Origin: a virus
Length of the DNA stretch: 44,246 bases
Strand: one strand, 5' to 3'
Virus record (IMG/VR): IMGVR_UViG_3300026522_000051
Coordinates: 1 to 44,246 of that record
Part shown: positions 1 through 9,366 of the stretch, in pieces
Numbering within the stretch: position 1 is the stretch's first letter
Layout of the letters: each line of letters starts with the position of its first letter
Position numbers and translations under genes: made by a program
The notes under the pieces: model-generated
Database searches by the model: none
The model's input: only the letters and a program-made list of their open reading frames with translations
What the model was told of the DNA's origin: nothing

Positions 1-631
1 TATCTGCAAATAATGCTTGATAGGCATCATCTTTCATTGGTTTAATTTTACCAAACCATTTAGAATCGAAGTTACCATAGACTATTGGACGATATTTTTC
101 TCCTGTCCAACATTTTTTATCTACAACTTGACCATCATCATCTTTAATTAATAGGTATTCTCCTACTAATAAATCAAAATAATTTTCTTCTTGATTAGAA
201 TAAAAATCAACCATAGCTTCATTATTCATAGTTACTTCTAAATAACCTGTATATTCATCTAATGTATCTTCATTAATACTTTCTATATTAGTATTAAAAA
301 ATAATTTTGCCATTGTTTTTAATGACAAATCATTTGTTACAAAAATAGTATTAGGATGACATTCCTTAAAATTAATAGCGGTAGCTAAAATTCGTGTATC
401 ATCAGTAACTGGGAGATTCATTTCTTCTATAGCTTCTGTATAATGTACTTTGAATAAATGAATAAGATAATTATCAGGGTTTTCGTTTAATTTATGTAAT
501 AATTTACGAGCCGCATATTTTACATCAGGATCTTTATTACTTGATGTTTTTATATTTTCTAATTCATTTAAAGTAATTGAAGAAATTACTGGTATAGATT
601 TTTTATCCTAAAATAAAGTATCTACAACCAT
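1..631 (-). CDS. PhoH/YlaK-like PIN-domain protein. Only the N-terminal part is in the window; the gene continues past the left edge. An in-frame TAG lies at 608-610.
   Basis: The reverse-strand translation MVVDTLF*DKKSIPVISSITLNELENIK...DTRILATAINFKECHPNTIFVTNDLSLKTMA matches the YlaK PIN domain (VLDTNVLLQDP...RIIAVA...ILVSKD). The TAG aligns with the conserved Q of the LLQDP motif. Confidence 0.6.
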
Positions 632-665
632 TAATAAGCTACAAGTGTCATAAAATTTATATATC

Positions 666-908
666 TCAGTACTCATTATCATCTTCCTCTTCTTCATAAT
701 CTGGTGTGGCAAATCCAATAGCATGGATGGAAGTGCTATTTTCATTAGCCAGTTTTTTGATTTGGGCATTATATTCTGTTGTTTTAACAGCAATTTTACC
801 CTTGACCATCTCGAAGAAAGCTACAATTACACTTATTAGGCTATCTCCTATGGGACATAAGTAAGCGATAAAAATCATTCCAAAAATAAATAGTAAGATA
901 AATATCAC
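666..908 (-). CDS. small protein with a hydrophobic N-terminus (possible membrane protein)
   Basis: ORF-track ORF. The start codon is uncertain (GTG at 908 or an internal ATG). The C-terminus is acidic. Confidence 0.3.
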   Translation of the reverse strand: MIFILLFIFGMIFIAYLCPIGDSLISVIVAFFEMVKGKIAVKTTEYNAQIKKLANENSTSIHAIGFATPDYEEEEDDNEY

Positions 909-977
909 CCTTTCTTTAGAATTGTAAGAATAAAGGCTTAAATTCTCTTATTATTTATAAATATTAGTATAAAAATA

Positions 978-1427
978 TTACTCACTTTTGCCCTTGGCGC
1001 GATTCGCGCGGATACGCTTATAGAATTTATCTTTTCCATCTATCCAATCTCTTAAATATTTTTGGTATGGCGGAATTAATTCATTTCTAATAAAATCTAA
1101 GTAATTTTCTCGTTCTCGAATCTATCTCCGCAATGTTTTAGTTTCATAAGAATTATAATTAAAATTTTTAGATTGTGTCATTGAATAATATAATTGTTTT
1201 AGAGTTTTTAATTCAGTCTTAACTTCTTCACGATGAACACGTAATAATTGAATTTGTAATCTCCATTCAGCAATGGTCATTCCAGTATTTTCATTCATCA
1301 TATCTTGGTCTTCTGGATGACAATGTGCGATTCCAGTATATTTTATATTGTTATAATCACATGAACAAGTCGCGGTTCCAGTATCAGGGTCCCATTCATA
1401 TTTAGCATTTTTTACTTTAAGTTCCAT
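978..1427 (-). CDS. hypothetical protein read through the in-frame TAG at 1122-1124 to a TAA at 978-980
   Basis: The ORF-track ORF 1122..1427 ends in TAG. The same frame continues ...LRR*IRERENYLDFIRNELIPPYQKYLRDWIDGKDKFYKRIRANRAKGKSE before the TAA. Confidence 0.5.
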
Positions 1428-1458
1428 ATATTACTCCTTTTATATATTTCTTTATATA

Positions 1459-1487
1459 ATTATACCATTTTTTTTAAGTAAAATCAA
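1459..1487 (-). promoter_or_regulatory. sigma70-like promoter (TTGATT, 17 nt, TATAAT)
   Basis: The reverse complement reads TTGATTTTACTTAAAAAAAATGGTATAAT, upstream of the gene starting at 1427. Confidence 0.5.
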
Positions 1488-1565
1488 TATTCTGACCTTT
1501 TTGGTTAAAAAATTGTTAGTGTGTTAGAATTTCCGAACTACGGCCGATTTCGATATCTAAGCATA

Positions 1566-1602
1566 AAAAAATCCCTTATGAGATTTCTCTCATAAGGGAT
1601 TG
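1566..1602 (-). terminator. rho-independent terminator
   Basis: A 13-bp perfect hairpin ATCCCTTATGAGA/TCTCATAAGGGAT is followed by TTTTTTT on the minus-strand RNA, after the flotillin stop codon. Confidence 0.6.
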
Positions 1603-1606
1603 AGTA

Positions 1607-3004
1607 TTAATTTTCTTTCTTTGCGATAAAGGAATTAAGCAACTGTGCAAGATCAATGCCAGTGGCTTCAGATACAGCCTTAGTAATCTGATCAGCCGTT
1701 TTCATAACATCACCAGCAAGCTTGGCACTATTGCCTTCGCCATACATGGTAATCTTATCAACGTTCGTCAGAGGTGCAGAAGCATTAGCAACAATCTTCG
1801 GCAGAGCATCGAAGTACATTTCCATGATGGATGCTTCGCCCATCTTCTTCTGTGCTTCTGCTTTCTTTTCGATAGCAGCAGCTTCTGCTTCACCAACTGC
1901 GGCAATACCAGCAGCCTTCTGTTCAGCAGCATACTTCTCAGCTTCAGCTTTTGCTTTCATAGCGCGAGCTTCCTGTTCAATTTCATAAGCACGAGCTTCA
2001 GCATCTCTCTGACGCTTAATCAGATCAGCCGCAGCCTTCTGTTCAGCAGCATACTTATCAGCATCAGCCTGCTTACGCACAAGAGCATCCAGTTCATATT
2101 CCTTCAACTGAATCTGCTTCTGTTTCAAATCAGCTTCGCGTTCTGCCTTAGCAATATTAGCGTCAGTAGCAGCAACATCTCTCAACTTACGCTGATTCTC
2201 TGCCTCAATGCCAGCCGCAGCATCAGCCTGAGCCTGACGAGTATCAGCTTCCTGCTTCAACTGAGCCTTCTTAATTGCCAAGTCATTATTACGAACTGCC
2301 ATTTCTTCAGCAGCTTTAACCTTAGCTTCATTAGACTGCTTAGCATTTTCTGCTTCGGCGATAGCAATTTCACGCTGAGCATCAGACTTAGCAATCGCAG
2401 CAGCCTTACGGATCTGCTCAATGTTATCAATACCGAGGTCATTGATAACACCATTCTCATCAGAGAAATTCTGGACATTGAAAGAAATCAGTTCCAGACC
2501 AAAACGCGCCAGATCGGGCACGGCATTTTCTTGAACCTTCTCACTGAAAGCCTTACGATCGCTAACCATATCAGTCAGATTCATCTGGCCAACGATTTCA
2601 CGAATATTGCCTTCCAGCAGATCACGGACCTTCTGACCAATGGTGTCTCTATCAGAGTTCAAGAAGTTCTGTGCGGCCAAAGCCATCATTTCATCAGTCT
2701 GTCCGACACGAACATTCACATAAGAATCAACCTTGACATTAATGAATTCCGCAGTAGGAACAGAGCTAGATGTCTTGACATCAATCTGAATTGCTCCCAA
2801 GAACAATTTATCTACTCGTTCGAAGAAAGGAATCTTAATGCCGGCCTTACCAATCAGGACACGGGGCTTCTTACCTACACCAGAAATCAAATAGGCCATA
2901 TCGGGGGGAGCCTTCAGATAACCAGAACACAGGACAACAATTACCGCAATCACAATCACAGCAGGAATGAGAAACGGCAGGACACTAGAAATAATAGAAC
3001 CCAT
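1607..3004 (-). CDS. flotillin / SPFH (band-7) family protein, YqiK/FloT-like
   Basis: It has an N-terminal transmembrane segment, an SPFH domain, a long Ala/Glu/Lys-rich coiled coil (AEQKAA repeats) and a C-terminal MYGEGNSAKLAGD motif. An AAGGAG ribosome-binding site precedes the ATG at 3004. Confidence 0.85.
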   Translation of the reverse strand: MGSIISSVLPFLIPAVIVIAVIVVLCSGYLKAPPDMAYLISGVGKKPRVLIGKAGIKIPFFERVDKLFLGAIQIDVKTSSSVPTAEFINVKVDSYVNVRVGQTDEMMALAAQNFLNSDRDTIGQKVRDLLEGNIREIVGQMNLTDMVSDRKAFSEKVQENAVPDLARFGLELISFNVQNFSDENGVINDLGIDNIEQIRKAAAIAKSDAQREIAIAEAENAKQSNEAKVKAAEEMAVRNNDLAIKKAQLKQEADTRQAQADAAAGIEAENQRKLRDVAATDANIAKAEREADLKQKQIQLKEYELDALVRKQADADKYAAEQKAAADLIKRQRDAEARAYEIEQEARAMKAKAEAEKYAAEQKAAGIAAVGEAEAAAIEKKAEAQKKMGEASIMEMYFDALPKIVANASAPLTNVDKITMYGEGNSAKLAGDVMKTADQITKAVSEATGIDLAQLLNSFIAKKEN

Positions 3005-3035
3005 AATTTTCTCCTTATTTTTTAATTTTCAAAGT

Positions 3036-3286
3036 TCAATTTTCTTTATATTTTAATAATGCATTAATTGCGTCATCAACAGAATTATAATAGCCTTCAT
3101 GCTCAAACTCATCATCGTCATCCCAGGCTAAAGAAATTTCAAATTTAAGATGATGATTTTTTATATAATCCATAATACCATTATAAATATCTTCTTCAAG
3201 AGACTCCTATATTTTATTAATAGCTTCTTCTAAAGTAGGGATATTTCCTTTAAAATAATCCTTCATAATAAGAGTTTTTTTATTCA
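3036..3286 (-). CDS. small acidic protein with an in-frame TAG at 3207-3209
   Basis: A GGAGG site precedes the ATG (MNKKTLIMKDY...). The frame continues through the TAG: ...EEAINKI*ESLEEDIYNGIMDYIKNHHLKFEISLAWDDDDEFEHEGYYNSVDDAINALLKYKEN, ending at a TGA. Confidence 0.45.
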
Positions 3287-3288
3287 TA

Positions 3289-4170
3289 AAAACCTCCATT
3301 AGGCAAATCTCTCTTATATTTGGGACAATTGCCGTAGAAATCATTTTCATCACAAGCAAGAACTTCATAAAAGCACTTATCACAGCGGGATTGATCGATC
3401 GGAATAGCCTATTCGGCAGACTTTTCATCAGAGTAGGGAACTAAAAAATTACTAATTTCTAATAATAAATCTTTTAATTCTAATTCTAAGTAATGAGTAT
3501 AGGGAATTCGAATGACTGGATAATGATGAATATGGCAATAAATATCCTTTTCTTTATCTCTTTGTTGTATTTGTTTTAATGTGTCACTGCCCCAAGCATT
3601 ATTTTGAAAATGTTGTTTTCCATCATATTCAATAATGTATTTATTATTAACGAAAAAATCAAATCTCATATTCCCACCATTTGAAGTAATACCATCTTTA
3701 AATATTTTTTCTTTTTCAAATGGCAAATTCGCTTCTCTTAAAATTTGAGAAATTTTTTGTTCTCCAAATGATTTTATACACCCACAAGATTGTGTATTCT
3801 TATCTTTTAAGGATTGACCCTCTACTGATACAACGTTTCCACATTCACATTTACATTTCCAATATACTTTAGTTGAACCATTAGGCGTTTTTTTAGAGTA
3901 ATCTTTATTTAATACTGTAAGTAATCCAAATTTTTTCCCAGTAAGATCAATTAAATTTTTTTCACCTTGTTGTTTAGCCTTTTCTTTTTGTAAGCATCCA
4001 CAACTACGTTTATGTCCTGAACGCAAATCTGTTGTTGACGCTAAGGTTTCACTTCCACATTTACATTTACATTTCCATAAAATACTTCCAACTCTATCTC
4101 GTTTATCAGTTTCTTCAATAACAGTTAAATAATCAAATGTTTGATTTAATAAATTAATTTTTTTACCCAT
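3289..4170 (-). CDS. paralog A of the repeated zinc-ribbon + DUF559/Vsr-like nuclease family. The ORF-track stop at 3409 is a TAG, and the frame continues into a Cys-rich C-terminal tail.
   Basis: It has repeated LTGKKFGLL...VYWKCKCECGN...SLKDKNTQSCGC modules. The C-terminal MRFDFFVNNKYIIEYDGKQHF...VIRIPY matches the DUF559 PD-(D/E)XK signature. After the TAG the frame reads AIPIDQSRCDKCFYEVLACDENDFYGNCPKY before a TAA. Confidence 0.65.
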
Positions 4171-4212
4171 ATTTATCTCCTCCTACATTATATAAATATT
4201 AGAGTAGATAAA

Positions 4213-4782
4213 TTATTTCTCATTGTCCAAAAAGTTTTTACATTCTTGAACTTTTTCATTCATCATCATAATGATATCATCTAAATTAACTGGATATCCA
4301 TTATGGCTATCGACCCCAACGTGAAACATATAGGGTCTATCTTCATAGAAATTAGTATTCTGATGAGTATGACCATATAGGTTTAAAGTCATTTGCCGCA
4401 GATATTCTTTTTCCAAATTACTAGTTAAAGTCGGAAAATGAGACATATAAAAATGATATTTACGATAATCCAGCTTAATTGCCCACGCGACTTCAACAAC
4501 ATTAGGAAGTTCTTTATACATAGCTTCACGAGTTGGAGTATCGTGATTACCAAGCACAATATGAATTCTTCCTTTTAGCCTTTTAATAAACTCAATATTG
4601 CTTTTGTTACCGAGCATCAAATCTCCAAGAATATATACTGTATCATCAGGCTGAACAAGAGAATTAAATTTCTCGATCTGAATTTCATTCATTTCTTCAA
4701 CTGAAGAATAACCTCGTGCTTTCCAGACAAATTCTCTATCATGCCCGAAATGAAAATCACTTGTAAGCCAAATATTACTCAT
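4213..4782 (-). CDS. calcineurin-like metallophosphoesterase
   Basis: It has the DFHFGH, GDLMLGN and GNHD motifs. Confidence 0.8.
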   Translation of the reverse strand: MSNIWLTSDFHFGHDREFVWKARGYSSVEEMNEIQIEKFNSLVQPDDTVYILGDLMLGNKSNIEFIKRLKGRIHIVLGNHDTPTREAMYKELPNVVEVAWAIKLDYRKYHFYMSHFPTLTSNLEKEYLRQMTLNLYGHTHQNTNFYEDRPYMFHVGVDSHNGYPVNLDDIIMMMNEKVQECKNFLDNEK

Positions 4783-4800
4783 AAATTAATCATCCCCTTT

Positions 4801-5358
4801 TTATACTTGAATTGGTTTTCCAATCCAAGTACAGTCATAATAGTTTCTTCTTTTTCCATCATTGCTACACCAAAGGACATCTCTATACTCATATTTTTCA
4901 CCATGATCGGGAAGAACATAAGTATCATACATTCTTTTAATAGCAGCAGCAGGAACGTTTTCTAAACCGCTTCTCTGCTTATTATACTCATAGCACTTTT
5001 TAAGAGAAGTAATCATACCAACACAAGTAATATCAATATCTTTTAAAAAGTCTGCTCCAAGAGCATTAAGAAGTTTATTTCGAGAACGCTCATTTAAATG
5101 AGTAGCATCAGCAATTACAACATCATACTTTTCAAAGCTTTCTTTAATAGTTTTTACATATTCATTGAAAACTTCAGATTCATGTTCAAAGTAATTGGTA
5201 GAAGAATTCTTTTTAAGAAAAGAAAAACGAATCTTATCTCTTGAAACAATAATCCAAGACTTTTTGCTCCAATAAGGATCTTTCGTAAAATAAAAATTAG
5301 CAAAAGTACTTTTACCGGACGCCGGAGGCCCGCATATAATCCAAAGATCTTTCCGCTT
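4801..5358 (-). CDS. P-loop kinase, polynucleotide kinase-like (AAA_33 type)
   Basis: It has a GPPASGKST Walker A motif. The start is probably the internal M (MKRKDLWIICGPP), since the upstream part of the ORF-track ORF overlaps the next gene. Confidence 0.65.
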   Translation of the reverse strand, partial: KRKDLWIICGPPASGKSTFANFYFTKDPYWSKKSWIIVSRDKIRFSFLKKNSSTNYFEHESEVFNEYVKTIKESFEKYDVVIADATHLNERSRNKLLNALGADFLKDIDITCVGMITSLKKCYEYNKQRSGLENVPAAAIKRMYDTYVLPDHGEKYEYRDVLWCSNDGKRRNYYDCTWIGKPIQV

Positions 5359-5575
5359 CATCTTTATACACTCCATTCTTAAAATTTTCAAGAAATTCTT
5401 CAACATCTTCTTCATTCTTACACTCTACATGATTTACTTCCTCTTGGCAATAAATACAATAGAGCTTTTTACGATGGAATTTACTGTGTTGGAATCCAGA
5501 TTTACGCTGAATAGGAATTCCTTTATGACCACATTTCATACAATAGAATGAATGTTCCTCGAACATATTTATCAA
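5312..5575 (-). CDS. small zinc-finger protein (CxxC...CxxC)
   Basis: ORF-track ORF MKCGHKG...CIYCQEE. Confidence 0.45.
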   Translation of the reverse strand: MINMFEEHSFYCMKCGHKGIPIQRKSGFQHSKFHRKKLYCIYCQEEVNHVECKNEEDVEEFLENFKNGVYKDEAERSLDYMRASGVR

Positions 5576-5599
5576 TTCCTTTCTTAACTTTCTATAAAT

Positions 5600-5628
5600 A
5601 TTATAATATATTTTTTATAAAAAATCAA
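5600..5628 (-). promoter_or_regulatory. sigma70-like promoter of the repeated family
   Basis: The reverse complement reads TTGATTTTTTATAAAAAATATATTATAAT. Confidence 0.55.
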
Positions 5629-5837
5629 TTTTCTTTTTTTAATTCAGGATGTTGTTCAAGGTAAGCCGAATACTCGCGGTCCATTTCTTCCATAAAATCA
5701 AAATATGCTTGTTGGGCAATTTTTGTCTTTCGTCTTTTTAAAGCAGAACAATCTTTTCCACAATAATTTGCTCGACGACATTTACCGCATTCTCCTTCTA
5801 ATTTCCATTGGTCAGAAATAGGAATATTTTTCTTCAT
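5625..5837 (-). CDS. small Cys-rich hypothetical protein
   Basis: ORF-track ORF ending at a TGA. Confidence 0.45.
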   Translation of the reverse strand: MKKNIPISDQWKLEGECGKCRRANYCGKDCSALKRRKTKIAQQAYFDFMEEMDREYSAYLEQHPELKKEN

Positions 5838-5851
5838 TCATTTCTCCTTTA

Positions 5852-6595
5852 TTAACAACAAAAAATATGTTCATCAAAAGTGTCAAGGTCAAAGCAAATT
5901 GTCATATTGGTTGCGTAAGTTCCGCAATCAATATTAATATTATGACCATTGTGAGAATACATAACACCGGGATCTTTTATAAATTCTTCTTCTGAAGAAA
6001 GATATGGAATAGGAGTATGTCCATATACTTGATAATCAAATTCACAAGATTTATAATCAGTATTATGCTTACGGTTCCAAATAAGTTCTTTCCGCAGATA
6101 ATTCTGCATTTCTTGCGATTCTTTATCAAATTGCCCATTTTCAAAATGACGGATTGTATTCCAAGAAAGTCCAGCATGAGAAAGAAAAATTTTCTTCTTT
6201 TCTACATTTTCATAAACATAAAAAGGAATAGTCTTTTTAAGAAGAGCTAACCAGTTAAGCATAAATCCATCATTAGTTGCCGCGGTAAATGTTTCATATC
6301 CACCATTTTGACAAAGCAGATAAAAAGCATAATCACACATACCATCATAATTAATGTAATCATCAAGAGCATTAATAAGCATTTGCTCATGATTGCCGCG
6401 TACATAAGTAATCCAACCTTCATGCACGCCACGAAGTACATCTGTAATGATTTCCCAGCCATCAAGACCACGATCTGCGCAATCTCCAAGACAAATTAAC
6501 TTATCTTCTTTTGGATTAATAAAATCTTTAATTTGACGCCAAAGATTAATATTACCATGAATATCTGAACAACTATAAACAGCCATAATTATCAA
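5852..6595 (-). CDS. Ser/Thr protein phosphatase (PPP family, lambda-phosphatase-like)
   Basis: It has the DIHGN, GDxxDRG and GNHE motifs. Confidence 0.8.
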   Translation of the reverse strand: MIIMAVYSCSDIHGNINLWRQIKDFINPKEDKLICLGDCADRGLDGWEIITDVLRGVHEGWITYVRGNHEQMLINALDDYINYDGMCDYAFYLLCQNGGYETFTAATNDGFMLNWLALLKKTIPFYVYENVEKKKIFLSHAGLSWNTIRHFENGQFDKESQEMQNYLRKELIWNRKHNTDYKSCEFDYQVYGHTPIPYLSSEEEFIKDPGVMYSHNGHNINIDCGTYATNMTICFDLDTFDEHIFCC

Positions 6596-6611
6596 TCCTT
6601 TCTATAAATAT

Positions 6612-6640
6612 ATTATAATATATTTTTATATAAAAATCAA
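6612..6640 (-). promoter_or_regulatory. sigma70-like promoter of the repeated family
   Basis: The reverse complement reads TTGATTTTTATATAAAAATATATTATAAT, upstream of the phosphatase gene. Confidence 0.55.
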
Positions 6641-6668
6641 AGGTGGGATTTTAACCCACCTTTGTAAG
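6640..6668. terminator. perfect hairpin AAAGGTGGG-ATTTTAA-CCCACCTTT, probably a terminator
   Basis: It has a 9-bp GC-containing stem and is followed by a T-run on the minus-strand RNA. Confidence 0.5.
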
Positions 6669-6850
6669 TTTTACAATTAAAGTAATAAGATTCATTACTA
6701 AGCAACTAACTAGCATCATAACGGTCCAAGTAAGACCTTCTCCCCAATCTTTATGAATTGCTTTAATAATCCAATTGACAAAAGAAAATAGCCAGAAAAT
6801 AGCAACTAAAATCCAAATTACGAATAGGATAATCTCAGGAACACTTATTT
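6663..6850 (-). CDS. possible small hydrophobic membrane protein with no canonical start codon
   Basis: The minus-strand frame reads IILFVIWILVAIFWLFSFVNWIIKAIHKDWGEGLTWTVMMLVSCLVMNLITLIVKLTKVG* with no in-frame ATG, GTG or TTG near the 5' end. Confidence 0.2.
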
Positions 6851-6960
6851 TGGATCTCCTCTCTTAAAAATGATAACTATTGGGCAACTTTTATTATTTT
6901 AATCTTCATTAATTTTATAATATTATAGAAAATAAAAATAATAAAAGGAGTAATATAGAT

Positions 6961-7680
6961 GCCAAAAATTGATTTAACAAATAAACAATTTGATTATTAT
7001 AAAGTATTAGATAAAAATATTGAAAAATCTAAAAACAGTAAAAATATTTGGTGGAATTGTCAATGTCAGTGTGGGAAAATTTTTACAGCTACTACTACAG
7101 ATATTAATAAATAGAAAGTTAAATCTTGTGGCTGTATGAAATCTTAGCTATTAAGCAAAGCTCATTTATAGGACTTAACTGGAAAAACTTTTGGAGAATT
7201 ATATGTACTAAATCGTAATAAAGAAGCACAAAAAGATGGTCATAAAAAATAGACTATGTATAATTGTTAGTGCTCTTGTGGAAATATTATTACTGTAGAA
7301 CGAAATAAATTAATTTCTCGTGGATAGAGTTCTTGTGGATGTAAAAATTCTATAGGAGAACTTCATATTAATAATTTATTATCCTAGAATAAAATAAAAT
7401 ATATTAGTCAATATACTAATTCTGATTTAATTTCTCCTAATAATGGTTATTTACGCTTTGATTTTGCGATTTTGGATAATGAAAATAAAATAATTAGATT
7501 AATAGAATTTGATGGACCTCAACATCATATTAATGTTAATTATTTTAATGATGATAATATATAGTTTAGAGATAATTTAAAAAACAATTATGCTAAAGAA
7601 CATTAGATTCCTTTAGTTAGGATACCTTATTATAAAAGAGATTGTTTAAAATTAGAAGATTTATTAGGGAATCAATTTTT
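6961..7680 (+). CDS. paralog B of the zinc-ribbon + DUF559-like nuclease family. It is the only plus-strand gene in the window and has 7 in-frame TAG codons.
   Basis: A GGAG ribosome-binding site precedes the start. The frame reads MPKIDLTNKQFDYYKVLD...IWWNCQCQCGK...MYNC*CSCGN...RG*SSCGC...LRFDFAILDNENKIIRLIEFDGPQHH...IPLVRIPYY and ends at a TAA at 7678-7680. TAG sits at positions that are Q or K in the paralogs. Confidence 0.6.
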
Positions 7681-8101
7681 AATTTGATTCCCTAATTTCT
7701 TCTCTTACTCGCATTAAAAGTTTTCCTAAATTATTTTCTCCAGTACCATTACAAACACCCCAATAGCAATCTCCCCAAGTATTACCTTCTTCAAGGTAAG
7801 CATCTCCAGTATCAAGAAGTTTTTGCCTTAACTCAGGAATAGCAAATTTCTTGCGCAATCCTTCAAGCATAATATCCTTTTTGACGTATTCCCAATCAGG
7901 TCTAATCTTAACCTTTCGACCTAATCGTTTTGCTTGGCCTGGTGTAGGAGCGTTAGCAATTTCCAAAAGATCTTCCTGATTAGTCGCTTTCATCGCTTGA
8001 AAGTAGTGTTCCATTGTAGGGAACACTACTCCATTTACTGTGAAAGGACTCAATTCATAATTGCTTAAAAAAGAATATTTGTTTCTAAAACTATCAATCA
8101 T
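7679..8101 (-). CDS. NADAR (YbiA-like, DUF1768) domain protein
   Basis: It has NADAR-like content, including FPTMEHYFQAMK and the pattern E...GN.WGD. Confidence 0.7.
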   Translation of the reverse strand: MIDSFRNKYSFLSNYELSPFTVNGVVFPTMEHYFQAMKATNQEDLLEIANAPTPGQAKRLGRKVKIRPDWEYVKKDIMLEGLRKKFAIPELRQKLLDTGDAYLEEGNTWGDCYWGVCNGTGENNLGKLLMRVREEIRESN

Positions 8102-8104
8102 AAA

Positions 8105-8908
8105 TTAAAACTCCCAACATGTCCCCTGAGAAGGACCAACTCGACTGCACATTGGCATAGGTCTAACCTTATGGATATTTCTCTCATGACGTTCCATAAT
8201 ATTTTTATAAACTTTATAATCTTCAGGAAGAGTGCCAGTCTCAAGGAAAGTATCAAGTACCTCATAAGTAAAACCAAGATTATCTTCATCAGTTTTACCA
8301 CTCAGGCCATCTTCAGGAGCTTTATCAATAAACTTAGCTGGAATACCAAGAGCATAACCAATAGCTTTCACAGCATGAACAGTATAATCACTCAAAGGAG
8401 AAAAATCGCCCGCAGAATCACCAAACTTAGTAGAATAACCTACAAAGTCCTCAGAAGCATTACAAGTATTAACAACTCGACCATGGAGCATACCTGCAAT
8501 CGCATAAAGAACAGACATACGAATTCTTGCTGGGCTGTTGGATGTAACCACCGAATTTTCTCTTACATCATCAAAAGGAAAAGCATTGTCGAAACTTTCA
8601 TAAAAAGTATCACAAATCTTACCGATATTTACTTCAATAGTCTGAATCTGAAGATACTGACCAACTTCATGTGCAATATCAATATCATGCTGCTTACCCT
8701 GCGGCATATAGACACCGATAACTTTATCTTTACCAAGAGCTTCAACACAAAGCTTCGCTGCGACAGTGCTGTCCTTGCCACCGCTCAGTCCAATAATTGC
8801 TTTACAATCAGGACCATTCTCTACAAAATAATTCTTAATCCAGTCTTTAATGTGATTAATTTCAACATTAATATCTTCAGCAATAGGATAAATATGACGA
8901 GCACGCAT
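8105..8908 (-). CDS. nadE: NH3-dependent NAD+ synthetase
   Basis: It has the SGGKDS PP-loop motif and NadE-like overall similarity. Confidence 0.85.
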   Translation of the reverse strand: MRARHIYPIAEDINVEINHIKDWIKNYFVENGPDCKAIIGLSGGKDSTVAAKLCVEALGKDKVIGVYMPQGKQHDIDIAHEVGQYLQIQTIEVNIGKICDTFYESFDNAFPFDDVRENSVVTSNSPARIRMSVLYAIAGMLHGRVVNTCNASEDFVGYSTKFGDSAGDFSPLSDYTVHAVKAIGYALGIPAKFIDKAPEDGLSGKTDEDNLGFTYEVLDTFLETGTLPEDYKVYKNIMERHERNIHKVRPMPMCSRVGPSQGTCWEF

Positions 8909-8909
8909 A

Positions 8910-9365
8910 TTACTTTTCCTCCAATCTATAAATATAAATATTTTTGTTAGTAAGAATATTTTGAATCATGGTACGAATAATTTCCCAATTGGCACCACCA
9001 CGGTCACTACCAATTTTATAAGGAAAAGCAATCGAAGTACCATCCGCAAGTTTAGAGTTTAATTCCTCAAGACAAGAAGCAAATGCTTCATAATTGGTAT
9101 ACCGTTTACCGTCATAACCAAATTTATCTTGAGCATACATATTCGCAATCACATGACCATCATTTGTCTTAACAAGCTGTGTTTTTCCAAGAGGAGCAGG
9201 ATTATTAATAAAATACATCTGATAAGCCTGCGCTACTTCTGGCCATTTATCTTTAATCTGTTTAGCAACACCAGAACCCATTGTTTTCTGACAATTTACT
9301 TGATGGCAAATTACACAGCCATGATTATCAAGTAAATCGCCATTTAATTCGTGATAAGTATTCAT
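8910..9365 (-). CDS. Macro domain protein (ADP-ribose binding or hydrolysing)
   Basis: It contains VICHQVNCQ...MGSGVAKQI. The start is probably the internal ATG at 9365 with a GGAGAA ribosome-binding site. The upstream gene stops 1 nt downstream. Confidence 0.7.
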   Translation of the reverse strand: MNTYHELNGDLLDNHGCVICHQVNCQKTMGSGVAKQIKDKWPEVAQAYQMYFINNPAPLGKTQLVKTNDGHVIANMYAQDKFGYDGKRYTNYEAFASCLEELNSKLADGTSIAFPYKIGSDRGGANWEIIRTMIQNILTNKNIYIYRLEEK

Positions 9366-9366
9366 A

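Noticed and set aside
1722-3025. Plus-strand ORFs 1722..1988 and 2531..3025 opposite the flotillin gene
   Set aside because: They are antisense to a well-supported gene. Their composition is low-complexity (Ala/Ser-rich or Asn/Ile-rich), which is typical of shadow ORFs.
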